A stretch of DNA of 64,000 bases from an uncultured delta proteobacterium (GTDB lineage: Bacteria > Desulfobacterota > Desulfuromonadia > Desulfuromonadales > JACZKF01): NCBI GenBank assembly GCA_963816395.1, contig CAWFKQ010000016.1, forward strand, positions 672,001 through 736,000, in the 5' to 3' direction. How positions within the stretch are numbered: position 1 is the stretch's first letter; every line of letters begins with the position of its first letter. Shown here piece by piece: positions 30,403 to 41,900 of the stretch. The notes below the pieces were generated by a model. It worked only from the letters and a program-made list of their open reading frames with translations. It was not told where the DNA came from and did not search any database. Both the position numbers and the translations under genes were made by a program.

Positions 30403-31434
30403 ATGAAAAAGGACCAGGCCGGCAATTCGGGCGAAGAGCGGGGGACACCGCGTCTTTCGTTGAACATGCAGACTCTTTCGGCGCTGATCCAAGCCTCGCC
30501 GCTGGGGATAATGGCGGTGGATTTCGACGGCAGGCTCCGCATGTGGAATCCGGCGGCGGAGCGCATTTTCGGTTGGCAGAAGAGCGAGGTGCTCGGCCGA
30601 CTTATTCCGGCTGCTTCGCTGGAGAACTGGGAGCTCTACGAAACGATCCGGAAACGGGCACTGGCGGGGGAGAGCTTCAGCGGCATCGGGATGACTTCCC
30701 GCACCAAAGGTGGGCTGCAGGTGCAGATTTCCTTCTCCACCGCGCCGGTTCTCGACCAGCGGGGACGGATCATCGGTACGATGGCGGTACTCTCGGATAT
30801 CACCGAGCGGAAGAAAATGGAGGAGGCACTGTCTCGCAGCCTGGAAAAGACAGAGCGGCTCACCGACGATACCATCAACGTACTGGCGTCGGCCATCGAG
30901 AAGAGGGATCCCTACACCGCCGGCCACCAGCAGCGGGTGGGACGGCTGGCGGTGGCCCTGGCCGGGAGGATGCGATATGCGCAGGAACAGCTGCGGGCGG
31001 TGCGGCTTGCCGCCATCATCCACGACATCGGTAAACTGTATGTCCCGGCGGAGATACTGTGCAAACCGAGCCGTCTGAGCGAAATAGAACTCCGCCTGCT
31101 GGAGTCACACGCCGTGGCCGGCTACGAGATCCTGAAAGGGATCGACTTCCCCTGGCCCATTGCGGAGATCGTCCACCAGCATCATGAGCGGCTGGACGGC
31201 AGCGGCTATCCGGGGGGGCTTATGCATGACGAGATCCTCCCCGAAGCCCGAATCGTAGGGGTCGCCGATGTCGTGGAGGCCATATCCTCTCACCGCCCTT
31301 ATCGACCGGCGCTCGGGGATGAGGCGGCGGTACGCGAGATCCGCGATGGAATCGGAACCCGCTATGACGCCGAAGTGGCCGACGCGCTCTTTTCGCTGCT
31401 GGATGCCGACGGCCGCCTGCCCGGGGAAATCTGA
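30403..31434 (+). CDS. PAS + HD-GYP cyclic-dinucleotide phosphodiesterase
   Basis: WNPAAERIFG/DITERK PAS; RDPYTAGH, HDIGK, HHERLDGSGYP. Confidence 0.92.
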   Translation: MKKDQAGNSGEERGTPRLSLNMQTLSALIQASPLGIMAVDFDGRLRMWNPAAERIFGWQKSEVLGRLIPAASLENWELYETIRKRALAGESFSGIGMTSRTKGGLQVQISFSTAPVLDQRGRIIGTMAVLSDITERKKMEEALSRSLEKTERLTDDTINVLASAIEKRDPYTAGHQQRVGRLAVALAGRMRYAQEQLRAVRLAAIIHDIGKLYVPAEILCKPSRLSEIELRLLESHAVAGYEILKGIDFPWPIAEIVHQHHERLDGSGYPGGLMHDEILPEARIVGVADVVEAISSHRPYRPALGDEAAVREIRDGIGTRYDAEVADALFSLLDADGRLPGEI

Positions 31435-31459
31435 TCGGCCGGGACCAAATGGCCCTCGC

Positions 31460-31969
31460 TTACCTCTCCCAGAGGCCGACTTTGTCCCGCCTCGCCTGTT
31501 GCTCGGCGGCGAGAAAGTCTTCCTTCAGCCGGAAGTCGAAGCGCCGGTAGACGACCGCATAGCCTTTCTCCAGCAGCAGGCGGTTGAGCAGGCGGCCGTC
31601 GGGCAGGTAAAGATAGGCGAGCAGGCGGCCGTAGCGGTCGCGGCGCTCGGCATCGAAGGTCAGGCGAACGGTCTTTCCCTTGACTGTGGCGATGTTGAAC
31701 TGCAGGGCTGCTTCGGCGATCTGCCGCAGGCGCGGTTCGGAGATTCCCCTCCGCAGATAGAAGCGGTCGCGCTCGGACGCTTCGTGCTCGGGGGTGTCGA
31801 TTCCGAGCAGCCGGACCTTGCCCAGCTCCGCCACCTTCACCGTGTCTCCGTCGTAAATCCATTCGACCCTGCCGGTCACTTCCCCGGCGGCCCGGCAGCC
31901 GCCCGCCAGGCACAGCAGCAGGAGCAGTAACCCGGCAAATACCCGGCAGAACTCCGCCGGCAGGTTCAT
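31460..31969 (-). CDS. Thermonuclease (SNase) family secreted nuclease
   Basis: Signal peptide; DGDT, VRLLGIDTPE, DRYGRLLAY. Confidence 0.9.
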   Translation of the reverse strand: MNLPAEFCRVFAGLLLLLLCLAGGCRAAGEVTGRVEWIYDGDTVKVAELGKVRLLGIDTPEHEASERDRFYLRRGISEPRLRQIAEAALQFNIATVKGKTVRLTFDAERRDRYGRLLAYLYLPDGRLLNRLLLEKGYAVVYRRFDFRLKEDFLAAEQQARRDKVGLWER

Positions 31970-32391
31970 CAATGCCCCCACAGGGCGCGGGAGAACAGGC
32001 CGGTAAAGAGGCCCCAGATGGCGGTGAAGAGGAGGATGAAGAGGGGAGTGAGAGTGCCGAGGGCCAGGCCCATGGAACCGTAGGAAGTGTGTCGGGGGAA
32101 ATAATAGAAAAGCTGGAAGGCCGTGGGGAGAAGGCTGATCCACAGTCCTTTGCGGATCCAGCCGCGGCGGGAACGGGGATGGGCGACAAAGAGGAAATAG
32201 GCGAGCCCCCAGAGGCCGCCCCAGACCAGCCGCTGGCACAGCCAGTCGGTGGTCAGGGCCGGGGCGATGCGGACCCCCGCCCAGGTAGTGATGCCCCAGT
32301 TCCCGGCGGCCCAGACGGCCAGGCTGTTGAAGAGGGCGCCGATGACCCCGGCGCAGAAGCAGACGGCCAACATCGTGCTGGTGCGGTGCAT
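31969..32391 (-). CDS. Hypothetical 4-TM membrane protein
   Basis: SD AGGGAGG; RLVWGGLWG; stop overlaps the nuclease start. Confidence 0.75.
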   Translation of the reverse strand: MHRTSTMLAVCFCAGVIGALFNSLAVWAAGNWGITTWAGVRIAPALTTDWLCQRLVWGGLWGLAYFLFVAHPRSRRGWIRKGLWISLLPTAFQLFYYFPRHTSYGSMGLALGTLTPLFILLFTAIWGLFTGLFSRALWGH

Positions 32392-32440
32392 GAAACCTCC
32401 CTTTAATTCAGCTGCAAGCTGCAAGCCAGCGGCTTACAGA

Positions 32441-33247
32441 TTATAAAGTTTCATTCATACTCCCTGTGCGGTAGCCCTGGAGGTCCAGGGCCACGTAGGT
32501 GAAGCCGGCATTCTTGAACTCTTGCACCACCTCCTGCCGCAGACCGGTCTCGCAGAAGCGGGCAATCTCCTCCGGTGCCACCTCGATGCGGGCCGTCTCA
32601 CCATGGAAACGCACCCGGTAATTGCGGAAATCATGGCGGCGCAGAAAGGCTTCGCAGCGGTCAATGCGGGCCAATCGCTCCGGGGTGATCTCCGTGCCGT
32701 AGGGAAAGCGCGAGGAAAGACAGGCGAAGGGCTGTTTTTCCCAGGTCGGCAGACCCAGGCGACGGCTCAAATCGCGGATCTCCTTCTTGTTGAGACCGGC
32801 CTCCAGCAGGGGGGAGCGCACTTCCAGTTCCCGCGCGGCGTCCCGGCCGGGACGGTAATCGTTCAGGTCGTCGGCATTCGCGCCGTCGAGAATGAAGCGG
32901 AATCCCAGCTCGCGGGCCCGCTCCCGGCAGAGGGTGAAAAGTTCCCGCTTGCACCAGTAACAACGGCGGGGGTCGTTGTCGGCGAAGCCGGGAATCTCCA
33001 GTTCATTGCTCTCCACCACCAGCTGCCGGACGCCCATGCCGGCGGCCAGGGCGCAACTTTCCTCGAATTCGGACCGGGGATACGTCGGCGAAGTGGCGGT
33101 CAGGGCGATGACCTTTTCAGCGCCCAGTACATCCCGGGCCACTCGCAGCAGGAAGGTGGAATCCACCCCGCCGGAGAAGGCGATCACCGCCGATTCCATT
33201 TCTTCCAGCAGCTGTTTCAGTCTTGCGAATTTCTCTTCCATTATCAT
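32441..33247 (-). CDS. larE: ATP-dependent sulfur transferase LarE (PP-loop)
   Basis: AFSGGVDS, RCYWCK, DYRPG, ACLSSRFPYG, DLQGYRTGSMN. Confidence 0.9.
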   Translation of the reverse strand: MIMEEKFARLKQLLEEMESAVIAFSGGVDSTFLLRVARDVLGAEKVIALTATSPTYPRSEFEESCALAAGMGVRQLVVESNELEIPGFADNDPRRCYWCKRELFTLCRERARELGFRFILDGANADDLNDYRPGRDAARELEVRSPLLEAGLNKKEIRDLSRRLGLPTWEKQPFACLSSRFPYGTEITPERLARIDRCEAFLRRHDFRNYRVRFHGETARIEVAPEEIARFCETGLRQEVVQEFKNAGFTYVALDLQGYRTGSMNETL

Positions 33248-33490
33248 CCTTCGGGATTAATCCTGAAAACGGCAGTCAGCCACGGATAAGGTCAAAAAAA
33301 TTCTGATAGAACAAAGGCATTGGCTTTCTTCAGGGTTTATCTTCTGAATCAGATTTGATCCGTGTTCAAATGCTTTTTCCAGGTCAGCGTTTGCCCGGAT
33401 CAGCATACACCAGGGCTTCCGGCGCATTCAAGATAAGAAAAAGGCCGGCGGGTAGTTCCCTCCGGCCTCGAGATGCTGAACAACTGCCGC

Positions 33491-34411
33491 TCAATCGAAG
33501 ACGCCGGTGGAAAGGTAGCGCTCGCCGGTATCGCAGAGCATGGTGACGACGTTTTTCCCAGGTCCGAGCCGGCGTGCCACCTCAATGGCGGCGAAGACAT
33601 TGGCGCCGGAGGAAATGCCGGCGAAGATCCCTTCCTCGCGAGCCAGCCGGCGGGCGGTCTGCATCGCCTGATCGTTGGTGACCGTGAGCACCTCCCGGTA
33701 GACCGAGGTGTCGAGAATATCCGGTATGAAGCCGGCGCCGATTCCCTGGATCTTGTGCGGGCCGGGTTCGCCCCCGGAGAGAACGGGGGAGTCGGCCGGT
33801 TCGACGGCCACAACCAGGGCCTGCGGGTTGTGGGCAAGCAGAACATGGCCGACCCCGGTTATGGTGCCCCCGGTACCGACGCCGGCGACAAAGGCATCCA
33901 CCTTGCCGTTCAGTGCGCTGAGGATCTCCGGCCCCGTGGTCTGTTCATGGATGCGCGGATTGGCGGGATTCTTGAACTGCTGCGGCAGGAAGCATTTCTT
34001 CTTGCGGGAAATCTCCTCCGCCTGTTCGATCGCTCCCCGCATCCCCAGGGCACCGGGGGTGAGGACCAGGTCCGCGCCGTAAGCGCCGAGCAGCCGGCGA
34101 CGCTCCAGGCTCATGGTGTCCGGCATGGTCAGGATCAGCCGGTAGCCCTTGACGGCGCAGACCAGCGAGAGACCGATGCCGGTATTGCCGCTGGTCGGCT
34201 CGACAATGGTGTCGCCGGGGTGGATACAGCCATCCTGTTCCGCCTGCTCGATCATGGCCAGGGCAATGCGGTCTTTGACGCTGCCGCCGGGATTGGTGCC
34301 CTCCAGCTTGCCCCAGACGCTCGCCCCCTCCGGGTCGGGGAGGCGGTTGAGGCGGACCATGGGGGTATTGAACACCTGGCCGAGTGACTGCTCGCTGATG
34401 GTGGTCGGCAT
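33491..34411 (-). CDS. cysK: Cysteine synthase A
   Basis: NPGGSVKDR (PLP lysine), [22 protein letters not shown]. Confidence 0.95.
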   Translation of the reverse strand: MPTTISEQSLGQVFNTPMVRLNRLPDPEGASVWGKLEGTNPGGSVKDRIALAMIEQAEQDGCIHPGDTIVEPTSGNTGIGLSLVCAVKGYRLILTMPDTMSLERRRLLGAYGADLVLTPGALGMRGAIEQAEEISRKKKCFLPQQFKNPANPRIHEQTTGPEILSALNGKVDAFVAGVGTGGTITGVGHVLLAHNPQALVVAVEPADSPVLSGGEPGPHKIQGIGAGFIPDILDTSVYREVLTVTNDQAMQTARRLAREEGIFAGISSGANVFAAIEVARRLGPGKNVVTMLCDTGERYLSTGVFD

Positions 34412-34428
34412 GATCATTCCTTTCCCTG

Positions 34429-34896
34429 CTAAATGAAGTACATGAAGCGATGGTCCAGTTCCTTCTCCAGGCCCATCGTTTTGGCATCTTCGCACAGGTC
34501 CTTGAGGGTGACGGAGCTGAGATACTGCTGCAGGTGGCGAGTGGCTTCCAGCCATACCCGCTGGGTCACACACTGGTTGTCGAATTCGCACTTTTTCCGG
34601 CGCGGCCGTCCTTCGTTGACGCATTCGACCAGTGATATCGCCCCTTCGGCCGCCATCACAATGTCCCGCACGGTGATTTCCTGCGGTTTCTTCGCCAGCT
34701 GATAACCTCCCTGTGGCCCCCGCTTGCTTTTCAGGAGGCCGGCTTTTTTCAGGTCCTGGAAGATCTGCTCGAGATAACGGGGGGAGATAGCCTGCCGGCG
34801 CGAAATATCCTTGATCTGAGCCGGGAGGGTGCCGGCATGATAGGCCATATCGAAGAGTGCGCGCACTCCGTAGCGGCTTTTTGTGGAGAGTTTCAT
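34429..34896 (-). CDS. Rrf2-family regulator, IscR-like with three Cys
   Basis: [24 protein letters not shown]-x10-C-x5-C. Confidence 0.92.
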   Translation of the reverse strand: MKLSTKSRYGVRALFDMAYHAGTLPAQIKDISRRQAISPRYLEQIFQDLKKAGLLKSKRGPQGGYQLAKKPQEITVRDIVMAAEGAISLVECVNEGRPRRKKCEFDNQCVTQRVWLEATRHLQQYLSSVTLKDLCEDAKTMGLEKELDHRFMYFI

Positions 34897-35028
34897 CGTT
34901 TCCTCCAAAGTTCTGATCTTTAAAGTAGTAGTAAACTTTATCAATCGTGTCAAGAATTAAATCGCCCAGCGTCTTGAGAAAATCTGATTTTCGTGGTTAA
35001 CTTTTAATAGCCGGAATCTGGAGATATT

Positions 35029-35579
35029 ATGAAAAAGCGGACTGGCCCGCTCATTTTCCCCTTCTGCCCCGTTCCCGCCGGCCTGCTCGCTTTCCGTTCC
35101 GCCGGCGGTCAGGAGCGGATATTGACGATCGGTTGGGTCGGAGTGGTCTGTTCCTCCCCGGCCATCATCTCGGTCTCGCGGAGAAGGCCCGCCCCAGGGA
35201 TGAGCGAGCTGCCTCAGGGAAATGACTTCAGTATCAATTTGCCGTCGGAGGAATTGCTCGCTTCCCCCGGATTTCCGCAAGTTGGTGCAGCGCGAGGATA
35301 TCCGGCTGCTGGCCGGCTGCCGGTCTCCACCTGCACAACGGCGCGGCTACCGGGGGGCCGCTGCTTGGCGGTTGCCAGGTCGCCATCGAATGCAGCCGGG
35401 CCACGGTTTCCTCCCGCTTCGGCGAGGAAGTGGTGCGCGGGGAGGTGGTCGCGGTGCACCTGGAAGGGAAAACATACGGTCCGGAAGGGATGCCGGACCT
35501 GAGCCGCCTGAAACTGTTCAATCGTCCGCAGTCCCGGCCGCCGGTCGCCGAACCGGCCGCCGGCCGACCCCTCGCTTGA
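35029..35579 (+). CDS. Flavin reductase/flavoredoxin-like protein; several frameshifts
   Basis: ILTIGWVGVVCSSPAIISVS, FSINLP; other frames give PLLGGCQVAIEC and GEVVAVH. Confidence 0.55.
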
Positions 35580-35617
35580 CAGCGGAGGGAGATCTTTTCT
35601 CCTGCCCGTCAGGCCAG

Positions 35618-35645
35618 AAAAAAGGGGAACGCTGAAAAGCGCCCC
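35618..35645 (-). terminator. Rho-independent terminator of the malic enzyme gene
   Basis: aaaaaa-gggg-aa-cgct-gaaa-agcg-cccc gives hairpin + U6 on the minus strand. Confidence 0.6.
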
Positions 35646-35695
35646 CCAAGATAGCTCACTATCTCACTACCTCACTGTCCTTTTGTCCTGAGCCG

Positions 35696-37037
35696 CTATT
35701 CCCAGGGCGTGATCACGCCGGACTCCAGCGCCGCCCGCTCCACCGCCTCGGCCACCCTCGAGTGCACCTCCGGGTGGAGAATGGAGGGGACCAGTTCCCC
35801 CTCTTCGGCGCAGCCGGCTATTGCCCGGGCCGCGGCGATTTTCATCTTGTTGTTGATGCGGGTGGCGCGCACGTTCAGGGCGCCGCGGAAAATGCCGGGG
35901 AAGCCCAGAGCGTTGTTGACGCTCTTGCCGTCGGCGGCGAAGGCCGCCCCAGCCTGCACCGCTTCTTCCGGCTGGATCTCCGGATTGGGATTGGACAGGG
36001 CCAGGATGACCTGGCCTTTGCGGACCATCGCCGGCTTGATCAGCCCCGGGCAGCCGGTGGTTGCGATGACGATATTGGCCTGCTGCCATCACCTCCTGCA
36101 GGCTGCCGGATTTTCCGCCGGCCGCCTGCAGCATCTCCCCGGCCGACTCCTTGAGGTCGGTGCCGATGACACTCTTCACCCCGTAGGCCAGCAGCAGCTT
36201 GGAAATGCCGATTCCCGCCGCCCCGAGACCGATCACCCCGATCGCCGACTTGTTCAGCATCTGGCCGGAGAAGCGGGTGGCGTTGAGCAGGGCCGCCAGC
36301 ACCACCACCGCTGTGCCGTGCTGATCGTCGTGCATGACCGGGATATCAAGCATCTCGTCGAGGGCGTCCTCGATGGCGAAGCACTCGGGGGCGGCGATAT
36401 CCTCCAGCTTGATGGCGCCGAAAGTCGGGGCGATGTTTTTCACCGTTTCAATGATCACCTGAGGGTCCCGGTTCTGGATGAGAATCGGGATGCCGCTGAT
36501 CCGCACGAGGTGATCGAAGAGGGCGGCCTTTCCTTCCATCACCGGCATTCCCGCGACCGCCCCGATATCCCCGAGTCCGAGAATGGCGGTGCCGTTGGTG
36601 ACGATGGCCACCTGGTTGTGGATGGCGGTGTACCTCCAGGCCAGTTCCGGCTTCTTCTGGATGTCCCGGCAGATGGCGGCCACCCCGGGGGTATAGATCT
36701 TGCGGATATCGCCGATGTTTTTGATGGGGAGTTTGCTTTTCATGGCAATCTTCCCCCCCTCGTGCATCTGGTGGACCAGGTCGATGACTTCCTCGACGAT
36801 GATCCCCTCCACCTTCGATAAATTATCGAAGATGTGCTCCAGCTGCTCGTCAGAATCGACGTAGATGGTCATCTCCCGGGTGTTGTGGGTCATCCCCATG
36901 CGCACCAGGCGGATGTCGCCGATATTGCTGCCGGCCATGCCGATGGCGGAAGTGAGTTTGCCCAGATAGCCGGGTTTGTCCAGAATCAGCACCCGCAGGG
37001 TCTTGGCCTGCTTGCCCGCGCCCTTCTCGATTTCCAT
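35696..37037 (-). CDS. NAD(P)-dependent malic enzyme with N-terminal ACT domain; frameshift near 36075
   Basis: DKPGYLG (ACT), IYTPGVA, VMEGKA, LEDI, HDDQHGTA, GLGAAG, ALSNP. Confidence 0.9.
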
Positions 37038-37232
37038 GTTAATTTCTCCCGCCTTGCGAACCGGAAAATCTTCTCTCTTCCCGGCACCTGTGCCGGGGTA
37101 CGAATCATAGGCTGCGGTCTGGCAGCAGTCAACGGGAAACACATGCGGACTGCCAACTGCGGTGGGCAGTCGCGCTATGCCGCCGGCTGCCCTCCTCCGC
37201 CAGCAACAGCCCTCGCCCTGCCGGCCGGTCTC

Positions 37233-39050
37233 TCAGATGGTCACGTACTGCCCGCGCTTCTTCTCCAGTTCGGCGGTATAGCGGGCGAGCACGGCCCGGC
37301 GGGAGATCATGAACAGCACCTTCCCGGGATCCTCGGGGTCGACCACGGGAATTTCCTCCAGACCGCGACCGGCCAGTTTACGCAGAACCAGGTTGAGGCT
37401 CTCGTCCAGGCTGCAGGTAATGACCTGGGAGACGGCGATATCGCTGGCGCAGACCAGCCCCGGCGGGATCTCCTCCCCCAAGATTCGCCGCACATCGTTG
37501 ACCGAAAAGATGCCGCACATGTGCCCGGAGCTGTTCACCACCGGGTAATAGGCCCCTTCGGCGGCGGCGATCCGGTGCAGGATCTCGGGCAGCGGCAGGT
37601 TTTCCGGGATCATCGTCGGCGGCCGACCCTGCCCGGCCAGGTCGGCGACGCTGAACCCTTCCAGCACGTCGACCACGAAGTCCCCCAGGTGCGCGGGGGA
37701 ATCGATGCGGCCGTCGACCTGTTTCTCATAGATGGTATTGCGGCGGGCGGCAATCATGGCCACGACGCACACCAGCATCAGCGGCGCGAGCAGGCCGTAG
37801 TTGCCGGTCAGTTCGCTGACCATGATCAGGGTGGCGACCGGGGTATTGGATACTCCGGCGAAGAAGCCGGCCATGCCGATCAGCACATAGGCGCGCGGAT
37901 CGTGCACCAGGGTCGGAAACAGCTGGCCGGCCGTGGCCCCAAAGGCGCCGCCGAGCAGGGCGCCGATGACCAGACTGGGGGCGAAGACGCCGCCCGAGCC
38001 GCCGGAGGGGATGGTCAGGCTGGTGGCCAGGATCTTGGCCAGCGCCACCACCAGCATGACCCAGATGGCCACCCGCCCGAACAGCGCCTCCTGTACCCAG
38101 CCATAGCCGGAGCCGAGTACCTGCGGCACGAACATGGCCAGCAGGCCCAGGAGCAGTCCGCCGAGGGCCGGTTTGAGGACGATCGGCATGGGCAGGCGGC
38201 GGAAGAGGTCGCGCAGGCCGTAAAAGGTGCGCACGTAGCCCACTCCCAGGGCGGCGCAGAAGATGCCGAGCAGGAGGAAGAAGAAGAGCTCCAGCGGATG
38301 TTGGAAGGTGAAAAGAGGGGTCGCCAACAGCGGCTTCCAGCCGGTGGCGGCGCCGAACAGGGAATAGGCGACGATGGAGGAGACGATGCAGGGAATCAGC
38401 GCCTCGTGCTCGAATTCCGGCTCTTTATAGAGGACTTCCACGGCGAATAGGGCTCCCCCCAGCGGCGCGTGGAAAGTGGCGCCGATACCGCCGGCAATGC
38501 CGGAGAGCAGCAGGATGCGCCGCTCCGCGGTCGAGAGTCCCAGACGGCTGGCGAGGAAGCTGCCGAAGCCGGCACCGATCTGGGCGATCGGTCCCTCCCG
38601 CCCCGCCGAACCGCCGGTGCCGATGGTGATCGCCGAGGCCACCCCCTTGACCCACGGCACCCGGCCGCGGATCAGCCCTCCCTTGTTATGAAAGGCGTCG
38701 ATGGCGGCATCGGTTCCGTGCCCTTCGGCTTCCGGCGCCAGAGTGAATACCAGCAGGCCCGAGAGCAGCCCGCCCAGGGCCGGGATGAGAAAGAGAAACC
38801 AGCGGTGATGCATATGGAGGGAGGTGACCGGGGGACCGGAGAGTTTACCCGCGACGGCATGAACGGCGGGATGATAATCGGCCCAACCCTGGAGGACCCA
38901 GGCGTCGACGGTGTTGGTGGCGAAATAGAAGCCGATGGCGCCCAGGCCGGCGATCAGGCCGACCAGGGCACTGAGCACCACCTGGCGGTAGACCAGGCGG
39001 ATCAGCAGTCGGCGTAGCTCTTGAAAGGTTCTGGGCAGCTGAAGGCGCAT
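37233..39050 (-). CDS. ClC chloride channel/antiporter with CBS pair
   Basis: GSAGREGP, GGVFAP, C-terminal CBS domains. Confidence 0.92.
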   Translation of the reverse strand: MRLQLPRTFQELRRLLIRLVYRQVVLSALVGLIAGLGAIGFYFATNTVDAWVLQGWADYHPAVHAVAGKLSGPPVTSLHMHHRWFLFLIPALGGLLSGLLVFTLAPEAEGHGTDAAIDAFHNKGGLIRGRVPWVKGVASAITIGTGGSAGREGPIAQIGAGFGSFLASRLGLSTAERRILLLSGIAGGIGATFHAPLGGALFAVEVLYKEPEFEHEALIPCIVSSIVAYSLFGAATGWKPLLATPLFTFQHPLELFFFLLLGIFCAALGVGYVRTFYGLRDLFRRLPMPIVLKPALGGLLLGLLAMFVPQVLGSGYGWVQEALFGRVAIWVMLVVALAKILATSLTIPSGGSGGVFAPSLVIGALLGGAFGATAGQLFPTLVHDPRAYVLIGMAGFFAGVSNTPVATLIMVSELTGNYGLLAPLMLVCVVAMIAARRNTIYEKQVDGRIDSPAHLGDFVVDVLEGFSVADLAGQGRPPTMIPENLPLPEILHRIAAAEGAYYPVVNSSGHMCGIFSVNDVRRILGEEIPPGLVCASDIAVSQVITCSLDESLNLVLRKLAGRGLEEIPVVDPEDPGKVLFMISRRAVLARYTAELEKKRGQYVTI

Positions 39051-39317
39051 CGGATGGTTTCCCCGGCAGCCGGGCTGGAAGCGGAAATCGGCAAGGTTGT
39101 AGGGCAGGGACCCTCCACAGCCGCCCTGCTCAATGGCACCATTTTATTGTGCCTGGGAGCATACCCGAAAAGCGATCCTCTTTAAACCTTTTTCTCAGGA
39201 CCGGGCGGCTGTGATCGGCTGGAAAAATAGTGCGGCGCCACCTATACTAGAGAGCAGCTGCGCCTGCCGCCGCTCGCGGAACCCCGCAGTGCCCTGGACC
39301 CGTTCGGGAGACCCGCT

Positions 39318-40282
39318 GTGCTGGTTACGCTTCTTGTCCTGTCGATTCTCTTTCAGGTGACGGCGGCGGTACTGGCGCTGCGGCTTATTCCCGTTTCCCG
39401 GGGCAAGCTGGCCTGGGTCCTGATTGCCGCCGCCTTCACCCTGCGCGCCTTCCGCCTGGCTTTCCAATTCACTCTCTATATTCGTCCCGACGTGGAATAT
39501 CACCCTGATTTTCGGCGATGAAGTGATCGGCCTGGCGGTCTCCGTCCTGACGGCGGCCGGGGTGTATGCGATCGGTCCGCTCTTCGCCGCCTTCCGCCGG
39601 GCCGAGGAAGCGCGGGAAATGTACATCCATGCCATCTCCCACGACCTGCGCAATCCCCTGACGCGTGGTCCAGGGCTACGCCGATCTGCTCGCCGAGCGC
39701 CTGCCGAAGACGGAACTCGATGCCGAGGCCCGCGCCGGCCTTGAGGGCATCCAGTACGGCAGCGCCCGGATGGGCGCCCTGATCGGCGACCTGGTCGATG
39801 CCGCCCGCTGGGACGGCCATCAACTGCAGCTGGAGATGCAGCCGGTCAGGCTGGAGCTCTTCCTCCCGGCACTGCTGCAACGGTCGGCGGCTTTCGTCGG
39901 CCGCGAGCGGTTGACCCTCGATTTGCCGGCCGATCTGCCGCGGGTCCTGGCCGACGAGGAGCGCCTGGAGCGTATCGTGCTCAACCTGCTGACCAATGCC
40001 GGGCGCTACTCGCCGCCGGCCAGCCCCATAGACGTCCGGGCGCGGCTGGAAGGGAAAGAGGTGGTGATCTCAGTCCGCGACCGGGGCCGGGGCATCGCCG
40101 CCGAGGACCTGCCGCGACTCTTTGACCGATATTTCCGCGGTCGGGGCGGCGGCAGGGAAGGGGTCGGACTCGGGCTGTACATCACCCGGCTGCTGGTGGA
40201 GGCACACGGCGGCCGCATCTGGGTGGAAAGCGAACCGGGTCGGGGCAGCACCTTTTCCTTCACCCTGGCTGCCGCCCGCTGA
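39318..40282 (+). CDS. Membrane sensor histidine kinase; frameshifts near 39500 and 39660
   Basis: TM helices, ISHDLRNPL H-box, NLLTNA, DRGRGI, GVGLGL. Confidence 0.85.
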
Positions 40283-40485
40283 CTCTTTTCTCCGGCGGTC
40301 CTTTCAAATGGCAGGATTGATGCAGAAGAAATCCTGCTGGGCATAGGAACAAGCTTCCTGATCCAGGGTCCGTGAAAATCCGCATGGAATCAGATTTTAT
40401 CCGTGTCCCCATTGCTTTTTCGGATGGTTGTCATGGTCGCCGCTTCCCTGGTATAAACCGGGGGTGGCCGCCAGCTTTTTGGGGA

Positions 40486-41869
40486 ATGATGAAGGGAAAT
40501 TTCCTGCTGCTGATTCTTCTGCTGCTTCCTATTCTGCTGCCGCCCTGGCCGGCTGCCGCCGGAATTGGCGACCTGGAGAATCTCCCGCAGGATGTCTCCG
40601 CCTATCTCGCTCCCGCGGAGTCCCGCCAGGACCTGCCCTTGTGGCCCGACCAGAAGGCTCTGGCCGCCGATTACCTGACCCGCTATTTCGCTCCCTGGGA
40701 CGGCGGCAAATGGGTGCGTCCCCGCGCCGACGCCTTCTGGATCATCGACTGGCTGAAGGGCAACCAGCTCTTCGGGGAAAACCGCCTGCCGCTGCCGCCG
40801 TCCTTCCTGGAAAACCTGGTGCGGCAGGCAGCGGTAGAAACCTATCCCAGTCTCGACCTGCGGGGAATCACCATCCGGGACGCCGATGTGCGGGCATTGC
40901 CTACTCACCGCCCGGGCTTCCGCGATTTCGCCATCCCCGGCGAAGGCTTTCCCTTCGACTATTTCCAGAACTCCGCCCTGGCCGCCAATACCCCCCTGCG
41001 CATCCGCCACCGCTCCCTGGACGGCAGCTGGCTTTATGTTGAGGCTGGCGCCGTTTACGGCTGGCTGCCGGCCGACGAGGTCGCCCTGGTCGATGACGCC
41101 TTTGTCCATTCCTTTCGCGCCGCCGCGCCGCTGGTGCTGATCCGCGATGCGGTGCCGATTTCCGATACGGCGGGAATTTTTCGGTTCACCGGTCGTCTGG
41201 GCGCCGTTCTGCCGATGGCTAAAGCGGTCCCGGGCGGCTACCGGGTCCTGATCGCCGCCGCCGATGCCGACCGGCGGGCGGTTCTCAGGAAGGCGACCCT
41301 GGCGGCGGCGGCCGCCGCCCCCTTCCCCCTGGCCGGAACGCCGAGCAACTTTGCCGCCGTCGCCAACCGGCTCCTCGGCCAGATGTACGGCTGGGGTGGA
41401 CTCTACGGCGATCGCGACTGCTCGGCTACCCTGCGCGACCTGTTTGCCGTCTTCGGTCTTTACCTGCCCCGCAATTCGGCTCGCCAGGCGGAAACCGGTC
41501 GGGCCATTCCCCTGGACAAACTGACGCCGGAGGAAAAGGAGCGGGTCATCCTGCGGGAAGCGGTGCCCTTGCGCACCCTGCTGTGGATGAATGGCCATGT
41601 CATGCTCTACCTGGGGAATTACCGGGGGCAGGCGGCGGTACTGCACACCTTCTGGGGAGTGCGCACCCGCGACGACCGAGGTGACGAAGGCCGGATCATC
41701 GTCGGCCGGACGGTCATCACCACCCTCCAGCCCGGCCGGGAACTGGCCGATCGCGCCCTGCCGGAAAGCGATCTGCGCTGGCGGCTGCGCGGGATGACCC
41801 TGCTCGGCCGGCCGTCCTTGCCGCCGCTCGCCGCGGCATCCGGCCGGGCTCCTCCCCGCCGGCGACTGA
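40486..41869 (+). CDS. SH3-domain NlpC/P60 cell-wall peptidase; 3' end uncertain (ORF track runs to 42060)
   Basis: Signal peptide; GFPFDYFQNS, YGWGG..RDCS, LPRNS, GHVMLY. Confidence 0.85.
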
Positions 41870-41900
41870 CTCGGGGGCAGATCCCGGGGGGGAACCCGGC

